A stretch of 63,650 nt of DNA, filler included, from Octopus bimaculoides (lineage: Eukaryota), in NCBI RefSeq assembly GCF_001194135.2. It is 5 parts of 4 records of this genome, joined end to end, with 100 filler letters (N's around TTAATTAATTAA, not from the genome) between each part and the next. Parts side by side here need not be neighbours in the genome. Positions count along the whole stretch, not along the records: positions 19,064 to 44,403 come from NC_068985.1; 4 more parts are not named here. One strand, written 5' to 3'. This document shows, one piece after another, positions 27,522 to 38,535 of this stretch. Numbering within the stretch: position 1 is the first letter of the stretch; each line of letters begins with the position of its first letter. The notes below the pieces were generated by a model. That model saw only the letters and a list, made by a program, of their open reading frames with translations. It had not been told where the DNA came from and made no database searches. The position numbers were made by a program, and so were the translations under genes.

Positions 27522-27682
27522 GATTATTATTCAGGTCACTGCTTGGAATCGAACTCGGAATCCACTACGCCATATGCCCGTGGACACCTGATGAAGGCTG
27601 GAAGGTATATCAGCAGAAACGTTGTGTTAACAAACAAGATGAGGACAAATATCCGTCAAATATAAATAATGTAAATAATGTA
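27331..27682 (-). mobile_element. Fold-back element: ~100-bp inverted arms with hammerhead-like motifs around a tRNA-like A/B-box and (AAT)n
   Basis: 27331-27430 is approximately the reverse complement of 27583-27682; minus-strand A box TGGCGTAGTGG and B box GAGTTCGATTCC at ~27545-27575. Confidence 0.85.
27583..27628 (+). ncRNA. Minimal type I hammerhead ribozyme-like motif (Penelope pLTR type)
   Basis: GACAC-CTGATGA-A-GGCTG[10 nt]CAGCA-GAAA-CG-TT-GTGTT; stem I GACAC/GTGTT; palindromic AACGTT at stem III; mirror copy on the minus strand at 27385-27430 has core CTGGTGA. Confidence 0.65.
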
Positions 27683-28565
27683 TAGAAACGTTATATTAAT
27701 ACAACGTATCGAAGGTGGTAGATGCCTTATTAATAGCAACAAAAACAGTATTAATACCAAAAGGTAATCTACGTCTCCAACCTAACGTGGAGGTTGTATT
27801 TATGCTCCAAAATGATGTTTGTCCCCTAAAGCAAGATACGGTGCCTCCTTAAGCCGTAAATACTCTCCAAATTAAAAGCCCTTGGCGTCTTTGTTCTATG
27901 AAACTTATGTTTAAAGCCATCGAGCCACCCTCGTCACATAAGAAAAAAAAACGATATATCAGCTGCANNNNNNNNNNGCAACTTAAGTAACAAACATTTA
28001 TGAATTGTTAACCACCTTACTATATCGTACAAAAAAAAAAAAAAGAAAGAGCGAGATAGAGATAGAGAAAGAGAGACTATATCCTCAGTATTATCTAGTT
28101 GATATATGCATTGGGCAATATGCTGTCATTTCTGCTTGCGAGAATAACTGAGATTAAATTGCATAAACATGCAACGAATCAGTTATGTGACATGCCCAGG
28201 ATACTCCATGTTATATCTGTCTAGACAGACAAATAGATCAAAGCGAACTACCTAAGTATCGTATTCAGAATGCTACTGCTGCTGATAATGATGCTGGTTC
28301 GATGGCAATTACCAACGTATATTTGCGGTTAAACTCTATGGCCATATTCCAAAGAACAAGTATTTTGTTGCCAATTGAATAGAAAGAAGGCTGAAAATGA
28401 GAGGAAGCCAAAGAATATCTGATCTTCTTTTGACAGATTTGTCATGAGATATTCTACGCGACAAGAAAGAAAGATGGACATAACTTTGATTATTTCGGGA
28501 AATCGAATGATGTGGTTGCCCATTCTAGAGTCAAATTTTTTTAAGATGTTTAGTATTTAAACTTC

Positions 28566-28700
28566 TACCTTTTACTTGTTTCGGTCATTGGACTGCGCCC
28601 ATGCTGGGACACTGTCTTGAATGGTTTTACTTTTTGTTTTAAAGTCTATTACTCTATCGGTGTCTTTATTATTTGTTTCAGTGATTTGACTGCGGCCAAA
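28566..28700 (-). mobile_element. SINE family A tail fragment
   Basis: ttttacttgtttcggtcattggactgcg matches the reverse complement of the A tail. Confidence 0.7.
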
Positions 28701-29914
28701 CACACACACACACACACACACGGAGACACACACNNNNNNNNNNNNNNNNNNNNNNNNNNNNNNNNNNNNNNNNNNNNNNNNNNNNNNNNNNNNNNNNNNN
28801 NNNNNNNNNNNNNNNNNNNNNNNNNNNNNNNNNNNNNNNNNNNNNNNNNNNNNNNNNNNNNNNNNNNNNNNNNNNNNNNNNNNNNNNNNNNNNNNNNNNN
28901 NNNNNNNNNNNNNNNNNNNNNNNNNNNNNNNNNNNNNNNNNNNNNNNNNNNNNNNNNNNNNNNNNNNNNNNNNNNNNNNNNNNNNNNNNNNNNNNNNNNN
29001 NNNNNNNNNNNNNNNNNNNNNNNNNNNNNNNNNNNNNNNNNNNNNNNNNNNNNNNNNNNNNNNNNNNNNNNNNNNNNNNNNNNNNNNNNNNNNNNNNNNN
29101 NNNNNNNNNNNNNNNNNNNNNNNNNNNNNNNNNNNNNNNNNNNNNNNNNNNNNNNNNNNNNNNNNNNNNNNNNNNNNNNNNNNNNNNNNNNNNNNNNNNN
29201 NNNNNNNNNNNNNNNNNNNNNNNNNNNNNNNNNNNNNNNNNNNNNNNNNNNNNNNNNNNNNNNNNNNNNNNNNNNNNNNNNNNNNNNNNNNNNNNNNNNN
29301 NNNNNNNNNNNNNNNNNNNNNNNNNNNNNNNNNNNNNNNNNNNNNNNNNNNNNNNNNNNNNNNNNNNNNNNNNNNNNNNNNNNNNNNNNNNNNNNNNNNN
29401 NNNNNNNNNNNNNNNNNNNNNNNNNNNNNNNNNNNNNNNNNNNNNNNNNNNNNNNNNNNNNNNNNNNNNNNNNNNNNNNNNNNNNNNNNNNNNNNNNNNN
29501 NNNNNNNNNNNNNNNNNNNNNNNNNNNNNNNNNNNNNNNNNNNNNNNNNNNNNNNNNNNNNNNNNNNNNNNNNNNNNNNNNNNNNNNNNNNNNNNNNNNN
29601 NNNNNNNNNNNNNNNNNNNNNNNNNNNNNNNNNNNNNNNNNNNNNNNNNNNNNNNNNNNNGAATTTATTAATCAAATATATACACGGAATATATTCAATG
29701 CGGAATTGTTTTATTCCTGTATCAACACATGTGCCAAGACAACCCAGTTGTATTTCCCGCTTCTTTGCTGAAGATTTATACAGATAAACTTCATTTCCTT
29801 GGCTTTACGGAGAGCGTTCGCTTTTGGTAAGGTGAGAATTCTGTTTATTTGTATATGTTTTTCATAAACAATACTATGCTGACGAGCGGAGTCTAGATTC
29901 ATTCTAGTAATCGC

Positions 29915-30157
29915 GAAATCACTTTCTGCTGTGTTGTCTATTCTGTATTTCATGTAGTTTGTTCTTAGCGCTTGCTTTTGGGCAGCATAGATTAGAGCCT
30001 CCGGTTTTAAATCACTTTTAGACATCCACAGCCATCTTTTTTCTTTATCTGTCTTATCTTCAACATCCCTATATAATTGACCATGCATTCTTTTCTTTAC
30101 TCACCTATTTTCAGTTACATTCGTTTTCAATATCTTGTATAGTGCTTTATCTTTGCA
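29915..30157 (-). pseudogene. Dong/R4-clade fragment
   Basis: MHGQLYRDVEDKTDKEKRWLWMSKSDLKPEALIYAAQKQALRTNY, homologous to the 23337-23675 ORF; abuts (ATT)n at 30158-30224. Confidence 0.8.
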
Positions 30158-30225
<68 letters not shown>

Positions 30226-30241
30226 GTGTAATAATTAACAC

Positions 30242-31380
30242 GGCGAGCTGGCAGAATTGTTAGCACGCCGGGCAAAATGTTTGGCAGTACTTCGTCCGTC
30301 TTTACGTTGAGTTCAAATTCCGTCGAAGTCGATTTTGCCTTTCATCCTTTCGGGGTCGATAAAATAGGAGGTGGTATCAAAAGGTTCTCGGACTAGTTCT
30401 CTAGCGCGCCAACTGATGGCAGCACACGTTTGTGTGCGCAGTGAGAGCTAGCAGTGACTTTCATGAAGCAGTGTGCCGACTAACATCGCTATATTTACTT
30501 CGCAAGTTGTGAAATTCGTGTTTTTGTGATTGTGAGTGTGCTGTAGTCTGCGATTTTTGTCATGGATAGGAAGTTGGAACAAAGAGCCGACCTGAAATTT
30601 TGGGTTAAACTTGGGAAGTCTGCTACTGAAACACAGAGCATACTTCGGCAAGCTCACGGCGATGAGGTAATGGATAGTAGGCAATGTTTCGAGTGGCACG
30701 GGGACTTCAAAAGCGGAAGAACGTCCCTGGAAGACGATGAGCGATTTGGAAAACCTGCCAAGATTGTTTTCCCCTGAAATGTGGAGAAAATTCATCAGCT
30801 TGTGCATGAGGATCGTCGGAGGACAATCAACAACGTTTTGAAGCGTATGAAGGAGAACATTCGGCGAAAGTGACCGGATCTGTGGAGCGGGAAGAATTGG
30901 ATTCTTCACGACGACAATGCACCCTGTTACCGAACTCTCCTCACTCGTGCGTTTCTCAGCAAAAACAACATGGTCTCGATTCTCCACCCGCCATATTCGC
31001 CAGATTTTGTACATGCAGATTTCTGTCGCTTGCCTAAGATGAAGATGGAGCCTAAAGGTCACCGTTTTATCACCGTTGTCGAGATACAGACCGAATCGCC
31101 GAAGGTCTCGACTCGCTCTACGGAAAACGACTTCCAGGCCTGATTACAAAAGTGGCAGGAACGCTGGGACCGGTGTAATGCTGCACAAGGTGACTATTTC
31201 GAAGGAGTTGATGTTAAAACTTACGCAAATAAGTTATTGTTATTAAACATAAATAGTCCGGAAACTTTTTGATACTACCTCGTAAGTACCAGTTGAGTAT
31301 TGGGGTCGATGTAGTCGATTTATCTCCTCCCCCGAAGTTGATGGCCTTCTGCCAAAATTTGAAGTCATTATTATTATTAC
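30242..31380 (+). mobile_element. SINE family B split by a mariner (30242-30366 plus 31283-31380)
   Basis: ggggtcgataaaaTA|agtaccagttgag rejoins when the mariner is removed. Confidence 0.9.
30367..31282 (+). mobile_element. Internally deleted mariner transposon (916 bp)
   Basis: TA duplication (30365-66, 31283-84), 29-bp imperfect TIRs; transposase pieces MDRKLEQRADLKFWVKLGKSATET, WILHDDNAP, HPPYSPD, KWQERWDRC...GDYFEG. Confidence 0.95.
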
Positions 31381-32208
31381 TAGATTGTTTTAAAAGTGTG
31401 AGCTTTAAATGTATTTTTCTTTTACAAGACTGATTCCAATTGTTATAATGATGGAAATTGTTATGGCATTATAAGATAATAAATGGACTTAGTACTTCAT
31501 TGATAGACATTAATTTCTTTCAAAACTAAAAATATATTGTTCATACAGGCTATAAACTATTACCGTATTGACAATATACCACTATGATTTGCAGTTTACA
31601 ACAGTATTTTTAATATCTATAAGATACTTGTTAAAATTTACAACAATGTTTGCTATATCATACAATATGATATAGGTTACATTATTCAATAACACTATGT
31701 TTCATAATAGAGCTTAGTTTACAATTAAAGATTATGTATACATTTCGTAAAATCATACGTGTTAAACTGAAATATTTACATTTCACATTATGACACGGTT
31801 TGCAGTGTGGAATATTACTTTACATAATATGATATAGCCGTATGTTAGAGAGATATTCATATTTCATGATGTGATAGGAATCTCAGTTTGTATTTACTCG
31901 ATTTTACAGAATGCAGGTTACAAACACATCTACATTATTTCCCTACATGATACGAGTTAAATTTAACTGTAATATTTTCAAAATATTATATCATGCTAGA
32001 GATTGAAGTTTACGCGAAATATTTATAACAATATTCTCCTATCATGATACAAGTTTGAGGATGCAATGAGTGAAGCTCAAACCATGTCTAGAGAAGCATA
32101 TTAAATGTACATTTAATCTAAAAGTTCTCAAGATACAGCATGTTTTTGTATATATTTTATGAGGTGACAACACACACTTATGTTATTTATTATAAATTAG
32201 TAACCTAA

Positions 32209-32290
32209 AGGGAGAGTGCTGGTAGGATTGTTAGCGCGCCGGATAAATTATTTAGCAGCGTTTCTTCCAGCATTATGTTTTGCTTTCAAA
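32209..32290 (+). mobile_element. Diverged SINE family B head only
   Basis: gagagtgctggtaggattgttagcgcgccgg...ttatgttttgctttcaaatt resembles the B head up to the B box. Confidence 0.55.
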
Positions 32291-33360
32291 TTAGGTTAGG
32301 GATGCCCTGGTTGATTATGCGCAGATATGCGTTGAAACTGAGACATCTCTGGCGCTTCCTGGAGGGTGATAAGGTGTGGAGTCCGCTGGCAGAGGAATTC
32401 TTTCCGCGACCAGTCTCTTTGGATCGATTTAAACCCGGTTTCATTAAAAGACGTAATCTGACTGAATGGCAAAAAGAGTGTCGACAGGCACTCGTGCTAA
32501 TCCACAAGACGGGCAAGGCCGGCAGTGGGAATGCCACCTCGGTTTTGTATAGAAGGCTGGTAGAGTATAAAAATGAAGACGCCCTAAGAGGGGCTCTGGG
32601 GTTCGGCGAGAACCAACTTACCAACCTGTTCAAAAAATCTTTCGGGTCAGGGTATTTGGGTAATTACCCAAAGTCCCTGACCTGGAAGTGTTACAGGATC
32701 GCTTTACCTGTTCGAGATAAGTTATCCAGGCACGGAATGTCGGTGCCAAAGACATGTCCAAGATGTGGGCTGGACGACGAAACCGTCCAGCACGCTTTTG
32801 TACATTGTCGGAGCTGTCAGGCTTTATAATCTACGTCGAACACGTGTTGTTGCATCAGGGAAGAGTTCAGCTATCAGCTGAGTATATAATAAAGATTGTA
32901 CCGCCAACTGGACTCTCGAAAGAAGGTGAGGCATGTTTTTTTTCTGTACAGTTGCAGTGCTGAAAGAATGTTTGTGAAAGACTAGAATGCAAGGATTCGC
33001 GACAGGGTCCTTCATTTCTGGCCCTGGTTTGCTACAATACTTCAGATATCATCTGAAGAGCAAGAGAAAGACCTTGTCGAGAAGTGTGTTTGAGGAAAGA
33101 TGGAAAGCTGTGTTAAGAAAGGTGAGTGCAAGGGACTCGGATTAATCGGTTTGGAAAAAATGAGGAAATAAAAGGAAGGAGATAGCAGCTGGGCCTTGGA
33201 AGCAACAGGGCATATCCCTTACTCATTTAGAAAAAGACTATTTATTTCATCATCAATATTTTTCAATAATAGGTATCATTCGAACACATAACAACATTTT
33301 TTGTATGTATTGTCCTGTGCTGTCCCATCTATGTATTGACCTTTATGGTCGTAATAGAAA
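32291..33360 (+). pseudogene. 5'-truncated L1/Tx1-clade LINE 3' end (zf-RVT region)
   Basis: LGMPWL...LTWKCYRIALPVRDKLSRHGMSVPKTCPRCGLDDETVQHAFVHC, the CxxC...ETxxH...C motif of L1/Tx1 ORF2 C-termini. Confidence 0.8.
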
Positions 33361-33383
33361 ATTCATTTAGCAAGCCAAGCTAC

Positions 33384-33426
33384 TCTAGACTGATGAAGAG
33401 CAAAGACTCTAAAACTAGTCTCTGGA
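33384..33426 (+). ncRNA. Degenerate minimal hammerhead motif
   Basis: TCTAGA-CTGATGA-AGAG[CAAAGA]CTCT-AAAA-CTA-GTC-TCTGGA; one change (G12 to A) from the canonical core. Confidence 0.55.
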
Positions 33427-33594
33427 TGCTGGCTTTGCTGGGTGGAGCTGCTTATCTCCCCTGTTTAAAAACATAAGGACACAGTACGCTTGTGTCACAT
33501 ATCCAACTGGAAACGATGTTTGCTGGGGCTAAATAGCAGTAGCACTCTTCTTCCCTTTACTAGGACTGTCACATTAAGTTGGCAACAAACCATC

Positions 33595-33625
<31 letters not shown>

Positions 33626-33961
33626 NNNNNNNNNNNNNNNNNNNNNNNNNNNNNNNNNNNNNNNNNNNNNNNNNNNNNNNNNNNNNNNNNNNNNNNNNNN
33701 NNNNNNNNNNNNNNNNNNNNNNNNNNNNNNNNNNNNNNNNNNNNNNNNNNNNNNNNNNNNNNNNNNNNNACAAGATCGAACACATGTACTCAACTTATGT
33801 GTGTTGTTAGTTTGTGGGTCGGCTGTGGGTTTTTTAGGCGTAAGAGAATATATTCTCTATGTGCCTGGTGTAAAAAAAAAAAAACCACCTGAAAGTAAGT
33901 CACAGTTAAGCGAGACCACTCATATTAGGTCCCTTCTCGGAGCGACGTCATCAGTTATAGT

Positions 33962-34775
33962 TTTTGGCACAAGGCGAGAAAGTTTGGGGAGGAATAAATC
34001 GATCCCATAAATCCCAGTGCTCAACTGGTACTCATTTTATGGACCCCCAAAAGGATGAAAGGCGGAATTTGAATTCAGAATGTAAAGAGAAACCAAATAC
34101 CGCTGAGCATTTTATCCAGCGCCCTAACGATCCTGCCATCTCGCCGACTTAAGAATAATAGTAATAATACTTTCTACTATAGGCACAAGGCCTTGAAACT
34201 TGTGCCTATAGTAGAAGGGGAAAAGGGATCGTCGATTCGATTACATCGACCCCAGTGCGTAACTAGTACATATTTTATCGACCCCGAAAGGAAGAAAGGC
34301 AAAGTCGACCTCGGTGGAATTTGAACTCAGAACGTAACGACAGACGGAAATACCGCTAAGCATTTCGCCCGATGTTCTAACTATCCTGCCAGCTCGTCTC
34401 CTTAAGAATAACAATAATAATCCTTACTACTATAGGCACAAGGCCTCAAATTTTGGGGTAGGGAACAAGTCGACTGCATCGACCCCAGTGTTTCACTAGC
34501 ACTTAATTTATCGACCCCCAAAGGCAAATTCGACCTCGGCGGAATTTGAACTCAGAACGTAAAGACAATTGAAATGACTGAGCATTTCGCCCGATATTCT
34601 AACGATCCTGCCAGCTCGCTTCCTTAGGAATAATAATGGTTTGAAATTTTGGTACATGGGCCGCAAGTACAGGGAGAGGAGGATAGTCGATTACATCACA
34701 TCAGTGTTCAACTGGTACTTTATTTTAATCGTCTCCGAAAGGCTGAGAGGCAAGATCGATCTTGGTTGAATTTCA
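33962..34775 (-). mobile_element. Head-to-tail array of four SINE family B copies
   Basis: Units at approximately 33962-34146, 34154-34400, 34407-34620 and 34629-34775 (5'-truncated). Confidence 0.9.
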
Positions 34776-34880
34776 ACAAGCAAGCAATTACCAAAAATTT
34801 TAGATTCGTTTTATGTTTACATAGAGAGGGTTAGAAAAACGTGAAGGGGACACACATAAAGAAAGGAAGAGAAGGAGATA

Positions 34881-34920
<40 letters not shown>

Positions 34921-35725
34921 NNNNNNNNNNNNNNNNNNNNNNNNNNNNNNNNNNNNNNNNNNNNNNNNNNNNNNNNNNNNNNNNNNNNNNNNNNNNNNNN
35001 NNNNNNNNNNNNNNNNNNNNNNNNNNNNNNNNNNNNNNNNNNNNNNNNNNNNNNNNNNNNNNNNNNNNNNNNNNNNNNNNNNNNNNNNNNNNNNNNNNNN
35101 NNNNNNNNNNNNNNNNNNNNNNNNNNNNNNNNNNNNNNNNNNNNNNNNNNNNNNNNNNNNNNNNNNNNNNNNNNNNNNNNNNNNNNNNNNNNNNNNNNNN
35201 NNNNNNNNNNNNNNNNNNNNNNNNNNNNNNNNNNNNNNNNNNNNNNNNNNNNNNNNNNNNNNNNNNNNNNNNNNNNNNNNNNNNNNNNNNNNNNNNNNNN
35301 NNNNNNNNNNNNNNNNNNNNNNNNNNNNNNNNNNNNNNNNNNNNNNNNNNNNNNNNNNNNNNNNNNNNNNNNNNNNNNNNNNNNNNNNNNNNNNNNNNNN
35401 NNNNNNNNNNNNNNNNNNNNNNNNNNNNNNNNNNNNNNNNNNNNNNNNNNNNNNNNNNNNNNNNNNNNNNNNNNNNNNNNNNNNNNNNNNNNNNNNNNNN
35501 NNNNNNNNNNNNNNNNNNNNNNNNNNNNNNNNNNNNNNNNNNNNNNNNNNNNNNNNNNNNNNNNNNNNNNNNNNNNNNNNNNNNNNNNNNNNNNNNNNNN
35601 NNNNNNNNNNNNNNNNNNNNNNNNNNNNNNNNNNNNNNNNNNNNNNNNNNNNNNNNNNNNNNNNNNNNNNNNNNNNNNNNNNNNNNNNNNNNNNNNNNNN
35701 NNNNNNNNNNNNNNNNNNNNNNNNN

Positions 35726-35776
<51 letters not shown>

Positions 35777-36234
35777 AAAAAAATATAGTGACTGAAAGAC
35801 AGACTAGTTTAAAAGGAAATATTTTCTTATCGTTAAGAAATACACAGTCAAGATAATGGTTTGTTGCCACTCAGGAATTATGGAGATAACATAAGATAAA
35901 GGGAAGTTTTCTGCAAGTTTCGAAAGGAAGTAATGTTATTGTTGTTGTTGGCATTGTTACTGTTGTTGTTATACGTGTGCGGGGGGGGGGGGGTGAACGA
36001 AGGAAGGGAGGAAGGAGTGTAATGGTGAAGGTATGAAACTGACAATGAATCATTCACACACACGGACACGTATAGACATACACAGACATACACGGACACA
36101 CATATAGACAGAGGCATTGGTGGACACACGTGTACGTATAATGTACAGTATGGACGCTAATAAGTTTAAATGGAGATTATACAAAACAGACAAATACACT
36201 CAGCTATTCATGCTCTCAGTCTCGCCAATCTGTT

Positions 36235-36265
<31 letters not shown>

Positions 36266-36394
36266 CAATGTCTGTGTGTGCAACGTGTATGCAGGTGTGT
36301 ACGTATATATGTAAGTATGTATGCATGCATGTATTTTTGTATATATTTCTATAAATATTCATATGTACAAATATATATATGCGTATATGTATGC

Positions 36395-36428
<34 letters not shown>

Positions 36429-36729
36429 ATATAAATATATATATGTACATACACACACATAATATATATATATATGTTTAAATATATATGTGTATATATA
36501 TATATATATAGATATACATATATGTACATATACACAAACATATNNNNNNNNNNNNNNNNNNNNNNNNNNNNNNNNNNNNNNNNNNNNNNNNNNNNNNNNN
36601 NNNNNNNNNNNNNNNNNNNNNNNNNNNNNNNNNNNNNNNNNNNNNNNNNNNNNNNNNNNNNNNNNNNNNNNNNNNNNNNNNNNNNNNNNNNNNNNNNNNN
36701 NNNNNNNNNNNNNNNNNNNNNNNNNNNNN

Positions 36730-36786
<57 letters not shown>

Positions 36787-37056
36787 TGTGTGTGTATGTA
36801 TGCATACGTTTGCACGTAGTGCCATGGATGCCCGCTGGTCGCACATATATAAACACATACACAAATTCAGTATATAAACTCATTATACTCACATTATACA
36901 CACATTACACTCACTTAAACATTTACAATCACATATATCAATACAAACGTATCTGATCGACTAACGAACAAACCAAAGAGAGGTGATACACATATGCACA
37001 GGTAATGCATATACGCACAGGTAATAGAAATGGGCACATAACACATACACGCGCGT

Positions 37057-37096
<40 letters not shown>

Positions 37097-38020
37097 ACAC
37101 ACACACACACACACTCACTCACAAACGCATATATATACACAAATACATAAAAGCATATAAAAATAAAACACACACTAATTATTAAATCGACAAACTTCAC
37201 CGTACCCCCTCAGGGTACCTATTTCCAGCAGCCGTGTAGAATGGCTTTAAGAATAACCCAGATTCCAAAGACAGCGTTCGTGTTCACCAGATAAGAGAGT
37301 CCTCAGAGAGACCGAGGAATGAAATCGAATGGAAATATTTCGGAAATTAACCAATACCTGAACATTCTGCAGTCTCACGATATATGAGTGCATGTGCATC
37401 NNNNNNNNNNNNNNNNNNNNNNNNNNNNNNNNNNNNNNNNNNNNNNNNNNNNNNNNNNNNNNNNNNNNNNNNNNNNNNNNNNNNNNNNNNNNNNNNNNNN
37501 NNNNNNNNNNNNNNNNNNNNNNNNNNNNNNNNNNNNNNNNNNNNNNNNNNNNNNNNNNNNNNNNNNNNNNNNNNNNNNNNNNNNNNNNNNNNNNNNNNNN
37601 NNNNNNNNNNNNNNNNNNNNNNNNNNNNNNNNNNNNNNNNNNNNNNNNNNNNNNNNNNNNNNNNNNNNNNNNNNNNNNNNNNNNNNNNNNATATATATAT
37701 ATATATATATAGATATATATATACGTGTGTGTGTATATAGATATAGATATAGATATATACACAAGTGTATATACAGGTATATGCAGAAAGTGGAAATCAA
37801 AATAGGCATAGATGCGTATCATATAGAGAGTGTATACGCCATTGATAAACTGTTGTTATAAATGCATTAAGTACTAAAGCAATACAGACGTGGCATATGT
37901 ACAAAAATAGATTAATAAAAAAAGAAAAAAACGAATATTATACCAATAAGTTTACATACATACATGCATAAATACATACATACATACATACGTACATATA
38001 TACATACGCACATACATATA

Positions 38021-38237
38021 CGAGGAGTACCAATAAGTTCCTGGCTTTAACGGTATTGTAAAAGGCGTTGTTTGAGGCCTAAACTTCCCAGTTCTTTTAC
38101 AGGGCTGAGAAAGACTGAAGGACCATTGCACTACGTGTGCAAATCTGAGAGGGGAAGATACTGAATAAAATCATAATTAACTGATCCTCCAGTATTTTCT
38201 TGTACCCAAAGCCAGGAACTTTGCAGCACCCCCTCAG
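38021..38237 (+). mobile_element. Mariner-derived MITE (217 bp)
   Basis: TA flanks; TIR cores aagttcctggcttt/aaagccaggaactt; interior LKDHCTTCANLRGEDTE* resembles a mariner C-terminus. Confidence 0.8.
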
Positions 38238-38535
38238 TAAATGCCCTGGGCAGTCTTTATGGAAACCACCTAACTAGTAATCAAGTACATGAATGAATAT
38301 TAAACTGATTCTATCTAATCTCTCCTTTTTAATGTTTATAATTGATATATACACACTTTTTTACCTATTCTGGTTATGATACCATTTTTGAAATTCTTAA
38401 ATTTTATTTTTATACAGCATAACAATATTGTTTATAAACAATCAGCCATAGTGCCCCAAAATAAGATTTCCACTGTATTAACATCTTAGGTTTCTTAGCA
38501 TCTTGCCCCTTTAACTGGTAATTAACATTGTCGTT
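38236..38535 (+). repeat. Unclassified interspersed repeat, inverted relative to 21098-21392
   Basis: Shared blocks such as ttgtttataaacaatca...ccatagtgccccaaaataa. Confidence 0.8.

Noticed and set aside
27533-27580. tRNA gene
   Set aside because: Only A and B boxes; no anticodon arm or complete cloverleaf. The same applies to all SINE heads.
28437-29835. Plus-strand exon candidates (ttttgacag| at 28436; gtaagg/gtgaga donors near 29827)
   Set aside because: Each has only one good splice site, several frames read equally well, and no homology is recognised.
30095-30160. Strong minus-strand donor TAG|GTGAGT
   Set aside because: Lies inside a Dong/R4 relic and has no upstream acceptor.
31400-32200. 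AT-rich tract with recurring tttac/atgata words
   Set aside because: Spacing is irregular; I could not show a real period.
22820-33015. TE-derived ORFs as host genes
   Set aside because: Fragmented by stops and frameshifts and carry clear RT, endonuclease or transposase motifs.
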